From the IMG/VR virus record IMGVR_UViG_3300048861_000247, positions 1 to 31,853 of that record: a stretch of 31,853 nt of DNA. One strand, 5' to 3'. The notes below the pieces were generated by a model. It searched no databases, was not told where the DNA came from, and saw nothing but the letters and a program-made list of their open reading frames with translations. The stretch comes from a virus (Duplodnaviria > Caudoviricetes). Positions 17,382 through 25,687 of this stretch are shown here, in pieces. Both the position numbers and the translations under genes were made by a program. Position 1 is the stretch's first letter, and every line of letters starts with the position of its first letter.

Positions 17382-17403
17382 CTCTAACCAATAAAAGAAA
17401 GAG

Positions 17404-17439
17404 GGAGTCGTCGGGGAAACTCGGCGGCTCCTTTCTTTT
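17404..17439 (+). terminator. Intrinsic terminator after the capsid gene
   Basis: GGAGTCGTCGGG-GAAA-CTCGGCGGCTCC followed by TTTCTTTT. Confidence 0.85.
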
Positions 17440-17476
17440 GGCGCAGAGCGTGACGGCTCATCGAATAAATATCTAC

Positions 17477-18148
17477 ATGGCATCCTGCAAACACATCATC
17501 ACTCTCGCACTTTCCAAACTGGGCGTCGCCTCTTCGGTCAAGCCCGTGCGGGACGAAGATTTACAGCTTGGTCTCTCGACGCTCATCTCTCGATATCGAA
17601 GCCTGATCGCGACGGGAGGATTGGGAAAGGGGCGCCATCGCCATGTTACGAGCGACTATATCGCGCGTCCCTTCGACCGTATTCTAAAGGATAGCACGAC
17701 CCCCATCACGATCACGCTCCCCGAGCTTGTTTCTGTCCATGACCGGTTTCGTGGCGACTATTCCTATGATGTTTGCGGCGATCCTCGTCATCCTCCCCGC
17801 GACGGTAGTTTCATCGTTATCAACGACGCGCAGACGGGCGGAACGGAAGAACATATCTATGAAGGCTATACCAATCGTTGGATCAGCGTCTTCGATCTTT
17901 CGTTGAATGAATATACCGAAAATCGCAACGATGCTGGACAGATCGTAAGCATAACGCCGGAATCGACGGCGCCATTATCCTTTCAAGATGAAAATGGCCT
18001 CGCAGCTTTTCTCGCGATCAGTCTCGCCGATCATTACGGAGCGGACCTCAACGCTGTGACTATCCGTGATGCTGGGAATTGGCAAATGGCCCTCGTGACA
18101 CGCTTTGGTGATCCGGACGAATACGAGCACCATCACCGCTTCTGTTAA
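17477..18148 (+). CDS. Head-to-tail adaptor, P22 gp4-like
   Basis: IITLALSKLGV..DLQLGLSTL N-terminus and LAISLADHYG C-terminus; leaderless start after TAAATA 17466-17471. Confidence 0.7.
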   Translation: MASCKHIITLALSKLGVASSVKPVRDEDLQLGLSTLISRYRSLIATGGLGKGRHRHVTSDYIARPFDRILKDSTTPITITLPELVSVHDRFRGDYSYDVCGDPRHPPRDGSFIVINDAQTGGTEEHIYEGYTNRWISVFDLSLNEYTENRNDAGQIVSITPESTAPLSFQDENGLAAFLAISLADHYGADLNAVTIRDAGNWQMALVTRFGDPDEYEHHHRFC

Positions 18149-18155
18149 ATACTTG

Positions 18156-19544
18156 ATGAAGATTCCTTTCGCGACAGAAGCATACAAACGCTCGAACGCT
18201 TTTTTACCCGAACAAAAGTGCGTCAACTTTCTTGTCGAAGAGGATGATAGCGACGCCAATACGACGCAGGTCATGCTTTTACAGCGTCCGGGCTTGGACG
18301 CTTATGCGACCCTTCCGGCGCCAATTCAGGGCCTATATTCCAGCCAAAGCGCCTTAGCGTCCACGCTGCCCACTACGGTAGCCGTCGCTGGAAACATTCT
18401 CTACTCGCTCGATGATACGATCTTGGCACCGCTCGGCACAATGTCGGGGACCGATGGCCTCGTTAAGATCGTAAGTAATTTCGACCGCATCTGCATTGTT
18501 AGCGGCCCCCTACTTTATTGTTACGGTGCTAGCACGGGATCAACCGCTAATACCTTCCGTTACATCCCGACAGCCGATTCCTATCAGGTCGCGGATGTCA
18601 CTTCGCTGGACGGTTACTTTATCGTCGCGATGACCGATTCAACCTTCTTTTGGCTGAACCCCGGCGACGATGACTGGAACGGCGGTGATCCCGATCGCGC
18701 CTTGCAATTCGCTACCGCAGAAAGTCAGCCCGATGGCCTCGTCGGCGTTAACACCCTCGACGGCAACCTGTTCTTCTTTGGTCAAAAATCGATCGAGGTT
18801 TGGCAACCGACTGGTAATGGAGACGCTCCGTTCCAGCGCGTTGCAGGACAACTCTATCAGCGTGGTTGCCTAGCTCGCGACACGATCGTCCAATGCGACA
18901 ATAGCCTGTTTTGGGTAGGGGACGATTGCAAGGTTTACCGCGTCTCATCCGTGCCGTTGCGCGTGTCCACAAGTTCGATCGAAGAGCGTATCCGAAAGCG
19001 GACAGGCGATCTCTCGGCTTGGACTTTCGACTGGGATGGACACCTCGTCTATGTCCTTCGTATCGCGGGGCAGGGGACATTCGGATACGATGTCTCGTCT
19101 AAACGCTGGAGCGAGCTTGCCAGCGAGGGCTACGGCTTCTTTCGTCCTGTATGCGCAGCCCTGATCGACAACGATGCTATCGTCGGGGACAGCGAAACAG
19201 GCGCCTTGTGGAAACTATCAGACTCTTCGACCGATGCCGGAACGCTTATCCGACGCACAGCGAGCGGCACGATCGCGCTCAACTCAAAGCCCATCCGGAA
19301 CGATAACATCGTCTTGGATGTCGGCTCGGAAGGTGCCTGCCATTGGATGCTGCGATGGGCAGACGGCGACCAGAATCTCGATGATCAGCCTTGGGTAAGC
19401 CTGCCCGCTCGGACGGGTGCAGATACTCTCACGCTATACCGTCTCGGCATCGCCACGCAGCCTTATCGCACATTCGAAATTGAAGTGACCGATCCGGTCG
19501 CGGTGCGGTTCAGCGGAGCGCGGGCAGGGGAGGCGTGGAAGTGA
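18156..19544 (+). CDS. Packaged-DNA stabilisation/tail hub protein, P22 gp10-like
   Basis: LDGYF, FATAESQPD, FGQKSIEVW, RGCLA, FWVGDD and RVSTSSIE motifs; start after TAAATA 18146-18151. Confidence 0.88.
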   Translation: MKIPFATEAYKRSNAFLPEQKCVNFLVEEDDSDANTTQVMLLQRPGLDAYATLPAPIQGLYSSQSALASTLPTTVAVAGNILYSLDDTILAPLGTMSGTDGLVKIVSNFDRICIVSGPLLYCYGASTGSTANTFRYIPTADSYQVADVTSLDGYFIVAMTDSTFFWLNPGDDDWNGGDPDRALQFATAESQPDGLVGVNTLDGNLFFFGQKSIEVWQPTGNGDAPFQRVAGQLYQRGCLARDTIVQCDNSLFWVGDDCKVYRVSSVPLRVSTSSIEERIRKRTGDLSAWTFDWDGHLVYVLRIAGQGTFGYDVSSKRWSELASEGYGFFRPVCAALIDNDAIVGDSETGALWKLSDSSTDAGTLIRRTASGTIALNSKPIRNDNIVLDVGSEGACHWMLRWADGDQNLDDQPWVSLPARTGADTLTLYRLGIATQPYRTFEIEVTDPVAVRFSGARAGEAWK

Positions 19545-20179
19545 CCGATACGATCCAGCCGCTCAAGCTTACAAACCTTCGCGTCTCTATGCCGATCGTC
19601 AACTCGACAGATGGCACCGCGCTTCCCTATTTTAGCCAGACGATCAACAACGCTTGGTCTAACATCATCGTCGCCTTCAACGCTCTTGCGAGCAATGAGG
19701 GTGATCTCGCAGCCCTTGTCGCGCAAATCCAAGACATTCTGAATCAAATTGTCGCGATAAATGGCTTGATAGTCGATGTAAACGGCAAGCTCACGAATGC
19801 GAGCATAACGAACAGCTACACCGACCCGACCAATGTTTTGAGCGCGAGCGTCAGCGGGACAACCGCGACGATAACGATTGCCAATCATAACCGTCTCTAC
19901 ACCGATGGAACAAGTGTTGCCGTGACCGGTGGAACGATAACGGGCCTCGCCATCAACACGACCTACTATGTCTACTACAGCGACCCGACACGGGCGGGCG
20001 GCACGGTCACCTATCAATACTCTACCGACCAGACCGCAGCCGCGCAGGTCGGTGGCGTGCATTCCGTGGGTTCGATTTACACCGATAGCACCGCGACAGG
20101 GCCAATCTCTGGGGGCGGCACCGTCCCTCCCGGCACTGGAGGAGGCGGCGGCGATCATCCTCGTGTTGTTAGCGAGTGA
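19541..20179 (+). CDS. Tail needle or short tail structural protein
   Basis: GTGA-coupled to the gp10-like gene; N-terminal coiled coil then a Thr/Gly-rich beta domain (TTYYVYYSDP). Confidence 0.6.
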   Translation: MTDTIQPLKLTNLRVSMPIVNSTDGTALPYFSQTINNAWSNIIVAFNALASNEGDLAALVAQIQDILNQIVAINGLIVDVNGKLTNASITNSYTDPTNVLSASVSGTTATITIANHNRLYTDGTSVAVTGGTITGLAINTTYYVYYSDPTRAGGTVTYQYSTDQTAAAQVGGVHSVGSIYTDSTATGPISGGGTVPPGTGGGGGDHPRVVSE

Positions 20180-20589
20180 TCGTTTATCAGACGCGTGATC
20201 CCATCCTCGTAGAGCGTATCATCAACCAGCCCCACATGCTGGAGGCGTGCGGCTACACCGAACAGGCATCCGCTGATTTCAGCGAGATCGTCACGCGACC
20301 AGACTACATCCTATTGACGAATGGTCTCGATGCCTTTGGGCTATTCCACGGCCCGCATGGCGCCATCTGGGAAGCGCACAGCGCCCTCGATCGGACCTGT
20401 CGCGGCAGACGCGCTATCGACGCTTGGGCGAGCTTCTTCGAATGGATGTGGCTCAATACGCCCGCGAGGATCATCACAGCCGCGCCTCACAACGATAACA
20501 AGCCAGCTCGTTGGATGTGTCGCCGAATGGGGATGGAGTGCGTAGGCGAGAGCGACCAGCGCGAGTGGTTCAAGCTGGTCCGCCCATGA
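20176..20589 (+). CDS. DUF2824/GNAT-fold protein, copy 1
   Basis: WEAHS..CRGRRAI..WMWLNTPA..I..NKPARWM..RMG; usual position in P22-like tail modules. Confidence 0.7.
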   Translation: MIVYQTRDPILVERIINQPHMLEACGYTEQASADFSEIVTRPDYILLTNGLDAFGLFHGPHGAIWEAHSALDRTCRGRRAIDAWASFFEWMWLNTPARIITAAPHNDNKPARWMCRRMGMECVGESDQREWFKLVRP

Positions 20590-21041
20590 TCCACCGCACC
20601 TTCGATCCAACGATCTTCAATACGCTCGCTAACCTACCGGATATTCGCGAGACATTTCAGCATCATCAACCGATCGGCACGACGCTGGATTTCACCAGCT
20701 TGATCGACGATCCGCATAATATCTTTCTCACGAACGGTATCGATGCGTGCGCCTATTATATTCGGACAAGCCCCGTCTCACTCGACGGGCATAGCATCGC
20801 CGCACCCTCGATCAGAGGCAAGCTGGCCGTAGCGATCGGCAAAGCTTGTTTAGAATGGCTCTGGCAAAATACCGATGCCTCGATAATCACGGGCAGCACA
20901 CCGGTGGAATTACGAGCCGCGCGCCTATTCAATCGTTTGATAGGCTTAAAGAGCATAGGGCTTACGCCAGTTTACGGTGCTTTGGCTCCCCACATGGTTG
21001 AGCAGTTCTACATACAGCGCCCTTTGATAAATATTGGATGA
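20586..21041 (+). CDS. DUF2824/GNAT-fold protein, copy 2
   Basis: ATGA-coupled start at 20586; DGHS..IRGK..WLWQNTDA..ITG.TP..RAARLF..IG. Confidence 0.7.
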   Translation: MIHRTFDPTIFNTLANLPDIRETFQHHQPIGTTLDFTSLIDDPHNIFLTNGIDACAYYIRTSPVSLDGHSIAAPSIRGKLAVAIGKACLEWLWQNTDASIITGSTPVELRAARLFNRLIGLKSIGLTPVYGALAPHMVEQFYIQRPLINIG

Positions 21042-21064
21042 TCAAGCACACTGGTGAATTTTAA
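21038..21064 (+). CDS. Leaderless 8-aa mini-ORF MIKHTGEF
   Basis: GATAAATA-ttgg-ATG(21038); its TAA ends 1 nt before ATG 21066. Confidence 0.35.
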   Translation: MIKHTGEF

Positions 21065-21065
21065 G

Positions 21066-21779
21066 ATGCCGCCCGCAATCGCAGCGGCCGGTATAACTGC
21101 CGCAGGAAGCGTGGCTGGCGGCGAAGCCGCCGCGAAGGGAGCCGGAAAGGCCGCCAAGATTCAGGCGACCAATGACGCGGCAAATCGCGCGCAGGAGATG
21201 CAGCTTTATAACGATGCTGTCACGCGTGACGCTCCCGAAATCAACTACGGGAACAGCGCCGAAAATACTTACAACGGCCTATTAGGCAATGGGAGCGATC
21301 CCGCAGCATCACAGAAAGCGTTCAATACATGGTTGGGATCAACGAACTATAACTTCGACCTCAACAACGCCATGAATGCCGTAAACTCGAATGCCTATGC
21401 GACAGGTCTCGGACGATCGGGAGCGACCTACAAGGCTCTCCAGACGCAAGGTGGCAATGTCGCCAATAGCTATTTGCAAAACTACCTCGGAGATTTGCAG
21501 AACAGCGTCAATACCGGCGTCTCTGCGAAGAACGCTCTTACTGGCGTTCAGACCAATGTCACCAACGGTATAATCCAGTCTGGGCAGAATGCGGCTAATG
21601 CGGCGAGCAGCGCCGCGACCGCGACCGGGGGCAACATGGCGAGCATGTGGCAGAATCTCGGAAACTTGGCAGCGAATACATATCAGTCGTCATACGGAAA
21701 TAGCAGCTTACCGAACTTCCAATTCGGTTCGACCGCTCCGATCAGCGTCAACAACAACTCAGATTATTCGGAGGGCTGA
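21066..21779 (+). CDS. DNA ejection protein 1, gp7-like
   Basis: Ala/Gly-rich N-terminus and GLGRSGATYKALQ motif; position in module. Confidence 0.75.
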   Translation: MPPAIAAAGITAAGSVAGGEAAAKGAGKAAKIQATNDAANRAQEMQLYNDAVTRDAPEINYGNSAENTYNGLLGNGSDPAASQKAFNTWLGSTNYNFDLNNAMNAVNSNAYATGLGRSGATYKALQTQGGNVANSYLQNYLGDLQNSVNTGVSAKNALTGVQTNVTNGIIQSGQNAANAASSAATATGGNMASMWQNLGNLAANTYQSSYGNSSLPNFQFGSTAPISVNNNSDYSEG

Positions 21780-21781
21780 TC

Positions 21782-23740
21782 ATGAGTGATATTGACTGGA
21801 GCGCTCTCTCAAACGCCGTTGCTAAGCCGCTCGATCCCGTCACGGCTCTCTATACGGGTGCCCAACAGCGCGTGAATCAACAAAAGCTACAGGATGCGGA
21901 GGCTATCCAGCGTGCGCAAACCGCTGCGCAGTCACAAGCAGCACAGGACTTTACGGCGGGAAATCAGACTGGCGCTCAGGCCGACATGATAGGCGCGGGC
22001 CTCTGGGATGGGCTTACGGGCGTCAACGCGTCACAGAAACAGAATTACGATCAGGCGAACAAGGATGCAGAGAATTTCGCGGGAATAATTCACTCTGTAT
22101 CATCGCTTCCATATGAACAACGCTCCGGCGCTATCGCATCTGTGAAGCCGGTCCTGATGAAGATTCCCGGTTTTAGCTCGGACTCGATCGATAATTTCGA
22201 CCCTACAAATGAGAATATCGCGGCACTCGCAAATTTTGGCTATTCGACAAAGGATCAAACCGATTCTGCGATCTCCCAACAGAATGCAGATACTGGCCGA
22301 TTGAACGCCAATGTCGCGCAGCAAAACGCCAACTACAACGATACGAAACCGATCGAGATTGATCCTACGAAGAATGTTTACACGCCTAGCGGCGCTATGG
22401 CTCCCGCGAGCGTGGGGGTGCCTACCGCCCCCACGGGGCACGCCTCTGGGGCTGATGGATCACTCGCCGCGCGCAATAATAATCCGGGCAATCTTCGCTA
22501 TGACGGGCATAGCCAATGGCAGGGTATGACTGGCGTGGACCCGCGTGGTTTCGTCGTTTTCGATACACCCGCCAATGGGCAGCGCGCGCTTTCGATCGAT
22601 ATAGCCAACCAACAGAAGTTGCACGGTATCAACACCGTAGCGGGCCTTATCAATAAGTTCGCGCCGTCGTCCGATAACAACGATCCGCACAGCTATGCGC
22701 AGACTGTAGCCCGCTCGCTTGGCGTGGGCGTCAACGATCCGATCGACCTCACTAATCCGAATGTTCAGGCTACGCTCTCGCGGGCGATTGGTGGGGTTGA
22801 GGCCGGTGGCACGCCATCCAAGTTTGCGAACACGGCTCCTGCCCCTACCGCCTCGGCGCCCGCCAGTGCAGGCGCTCCTGCCCCTACCGCCTCGGCGCCC
22901 GCCAGTGCAGGCGCTCCTGCCCCGAATATGGGCGGCTGGACCCTTGCTCAAACAGGGACACCGAAGGCAGACAAGGATGCGGTTGACCCCAACGACCCCG
23001 CTGTCAAACTCGGCGCCGAGCAATATATCCTAAAAGGAACTTTGCCCCCGCTCGGAATGGGTAACGGCCCGATGCGCAAGGCCATGCTCGATTTCGCCGC
23101 AAATATCATGAAGGCGAACAATTGGACGGGCGATGACCTAAGTCGTGTCCGCCAGATGTATCAATCGCAGCAAGGTAATCTGAATAGGCTCCAACAAAAT
23201 GCTGGCAGTGCTAGCGCTTCCGAACAGACGGCTCTGCAAAACGGCAAGATATTCCTCGATGCCAGCACCCGCGCTCCGGGACAGACACGCTTTCCGTTGC
23301 TTAATTCGGCGATTCAAGGCGCCGCCTACCAGACCGGCAATCCAGATGTCAGCGCGATGCGTAGCTCTTACAACACCTTCATCAATGAATACGCTCGCGT
23401 TCTTACGATGAGTCCGACAGGGGCAGGGACACTTTCGGACTCCGCCCGAACAGAAAACGAAAAAACGCTCGAATCGAATGCTACACCAGCGCAGAAACAG
23501 GCAGCTTTCAATGTGATGAAGCAAGACATGGACAACCGCATCGCGGCAATCCACGGAGCGATCAAGACTTCGCAGGATACGGTTGGAAGTCTTCTCTATC
23601 CACATCAACACGCGAATAGCGCGCCAGCGGCAAGAATACCCTCATCTGCGGCTGCTTACCTCAAATCCAATCCGGGATTGCGCGCTCAGTTTGATGCGAA
23701 ATATGGGACGGGGGCTTCGGCGTCCGTGCTTGGTCATTGA
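21782..23740 (+). CDS. DNA ejection protein 2 with putative lysozyme-like domain
   Basis: Gln/Ala-rich; internal RNNNPGNLR...FDTP..G.RAL...KFAPSSDNN..SYA domain. Confidence 0.75.
   Translation: MSDIDWSALSNAVAKPLDPVTALYTGAQQRVNQQKLQDAEAIQRAQTAAQSQAAQDFTAGNQTGAQADMIGAGLWDGLTGVNASQKQNYDQANKDAENFAGIIHSVSSLPYEQRSGAIASVKPVLMKIPGFSSDSIDNFDPTNENIAALANFGYSTKDQTDSAISQQNADTGRLNANVAQQNANYNDTKPIEIDPTKNVYTPSGAMAPASVGVPTAPTGHASGADGSLAARNNNPGNLRYDGHSQWQGMTGVDPRGFVVFDTPANGQRALSIDIANQQKLHGINTVAGLINKFAPSSDNNDPHSYAQTVARSLGVGVNDPIDLTNPNVQATLSRAIGGVEAGGTPSKFANTAPAPTASAPASAGAPAPTASAPASAGAPAPNMGGWTLAQTGTPKADKDAVDPNDPAVKLGAEQYILKGTLPPLGMGNGPMRKAMLDFAANIMKANNWTGDDLSRVRQMYQSQQGNLNRLQQNAGSASASEQTALQNGKIFLDASTRAPGQTRFPLLNSAIQGAAYQTGNPDVSAMRSSYNTFINEYARVLTMSPTGAGTLSDSARTENEKTLESNATPAQKQAAFNVMKQDMDNRIAAIHGAIKTSQDTVGSLLYPHQHANSAPAARIPSSAAAYLKSNPGLRAQFDAKYGTGASASVLGH
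22835..22923 (+). repeat. 39-bp perfect tandem repeat (about 2.3 copies)
   Basis: gctcctgcccctaccgcctcggcgcccgccagtgcaggc twice plus a partial copy; encodes APAPTASAPASAG. Confidence 0.9.
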
Positions 23741-23742
23741 CA

Positions 23743-25635
23743 GTGGCGGATAACCCATTCGACCAGTTCGACGCTCCGACAACGACTCCCGCTCCGGTTG
23801 CTAGCGGACCTTCGGCGTCCGCCAATCCGTTCGACCAGTTCGACACGGAAGCTCCGCCAGCACCGACACAAGCTCCGCCGACACAGGACGACATCAATGA
23901 CCATCTCCAAAAGATGCTGGCCGATCCGAAAACGAGCGGGAAGGATATCCGCGATTTTTATTCCAGCTTCGGGAGCCAACTCCCAGAGAATGTCTCGCGG
24001 ATAATCGATCAGCGCGATCAGTATATCGCGGCCAATCATTCCGCGCCGACGATCGGCGTGGATATCGAGCATCCCATTGGTAATGCGGGTGGCCTCGTAG
24101 ATAACCGGCCATATTCCTTCATGGAGGGCGTTCGCCAAGGTGATCAGCACATCCTCTCGAATGTCGCTGGTGCGGCCGGATGGCTCGGCAACAAGGCGGG
24201 CCTCGACAACAATTGGGCGGACGGTTCGCGGGATTATTTTCGCAATTTAGAAGCGCCTGAAACGACACAAGGATCGAGCGGCGGAAAGCTCGTCGGCGAG
24301 ATTATTGGCACTGCCCCACTCGCGCTCGCAACCGCCCCGTTAGAAGGCGTCATAGCCGGTGCGGGAGTGCCGCTGGCGGCGGCTCGCGGCCTTTCGACGA
24401 TTGCAGATGGCGCCCTTCAAAGCGCGGTCGCATCCAACTCACGCACCCCTACGGGCGTGTTAGAAGACGCGGGGATAGGCGGCGGTGCCAGCTTCCTCGG
24501 CAGCAAGTTATTGAACCCCGTTGCAGCGGCGATTGCGCCCAACTTGTCCGCATCCGCTCAGGCTCTCCGCAACCTTGGCGTCCGCCTTACTCCCGGCCAA
24601 TTGGCGGAAGGAACGCTGCTTGGAAATGGACTCCGGAAGATCGAGGATACATCAACCCATCTCCCGCTTTTCGGCGACATCCTTACCAATGCTCGCCAGA
24701 CAGCCAATCGGCAGTTGAACACGGGCGTTGCAAACGATGCTCTCAGCCATATCGATCAGACACTTCCGTCCGATGTTGCAGCGGGACATGATGCGGTAGG
24801 CGCGACACGGCGCGCGATCTCGCAGCATTATGATGATGCTTACTCTCGTGCCACGCTCGCGAATGATCCGCAGTTGATGACCGATCTTACCGCCGCTCGT
24901 CAAAACGCTACGAATGGAGTCCTGTCGGGCGATGCCGGTAATCAGCTAAACGCGTCCATCGATAGCGTCGTCGATCATCGTCTCGGGAACAGCGGCTTGC
25001 CCCTTCCGGGCGATCAGGTGGCAGGGATGCTGCGTGATCTCAATTCAAGAATTTCAGCCGCTACGGACCCTGCATACAAGTCGTCGCTCCGCGATGTTCG
25101 AAGCGCCGTAAACGACGCTATCTCTCGCCAATCTGGACCCGATGTAGCGAACGATCTTTCGAACGCTGGAGCGGCTTGGCAGAAATATTCGATCATGCGT
25201 AACGCGGCATCAAAGGCGACCGATGGGGTTTACTCTCCGGGCCAACTCTCCACCGCCGTGCGGATGGGCGATAGTTCGATCGCGAAAGGCGCGAGCGCGG
25301 AGGGGGATGCACCTCTCCAGAATATCAGCAACGCCGCCCGGAGCATTATGCCGTCGAGAGTGGGAGACTCGGGAACAGCGGGTCGCAACTTGATCAATGG
25401 TCTGACAGTCGGGGCGGGTGCAGTAGGCCATTCCGCTGTGGCGGCCCACCCTGCGGGGCTTGCCTCCCTTGCAGCCGCGTCCGCAATTTATTCTCCGTGG
25501 GGGTTGCGTGCCGTTAATGCCGTCTATGGCCGGAATCCGGGGGAGTCAGCGCAGGCATTGCGTGCGCTATTCGAGCATCTGACACCTAAAGCGATTGGCA
25601 CGCTGACAACTCTCTCGAATGATCCGAACGAATAA
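23743..25635 (+). CDS. DNA ejection protein 3
   Basis: NPFDQFD twice, GVRLTPGQ and DSGTAGR motifs seen in podoviral internal virion proteins; start is GTG 23743 or TTG 23737. Confidence 0.72.
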   Translation: MADNPFDQFDAPTTTPAPVASGPSASANPFDQFDTEAPPAPTQAPPTQDDINDHLQKMLADPKTSGKDIRDFYSSFGSQLPENVSRIIDQRDQYIAANHSAPTIGVDIEHPIGNAGGLVDNRPYSFMEGVRQGDQHILSNVAGAAGWLGNKAGLDNNWADGSRDYFRNLEAPETTQGSSGGKLVGEIIGTAPLALATAPLEGVIAGAGVPLAAARGLSTIADGALQSAVASNSRTPTGVLEDAGIGGGASFLGSKLLNPVAAAIAPNLSASAQALRNLGVRLTPGQLAEGTLLGNGLRKIEDTSTHLPLFGDILTNARQTANRQLNTGVANDALSHIDQTLPSDVAAGHDAVGATRRAISQHYDDAYSRATLANDPQLMTDLTAARQNATNGVLSGDAGNQLNASIDSVVDHRLGNSGLPLPGDQVAGMLRDLNSRISAATDPAYKSSLRDVRSAVNDAISRQSGPDVANDLSNAGAAWQKYSIMRNAASKATDGVYSPGQLSTAVRMGDSSIAKGASAEGDAPLQNISNAARSIMPSRVGDSGTAGRNLINGLTVGAGAVGHSAVAAHPAGLASLAAASAIYSPWGLRAVNAVYGRNPGESAQALRALFEHLTPKAIGTLTTLSNDPNE

Positions 25636-25687
25636 AAAGAGCATGATCAAACGGAGTGCCTGATAGCTAAGTCTTGATAAATATTGG

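Noticed and set aside
17438-18155. Upstream starts at 17438 and 18105 (also 20511, 21054, 27559, 29302)
   Set aside because: Downstream starts fit the TAAATA spacing or stop-start coupling and give more typical N-termini
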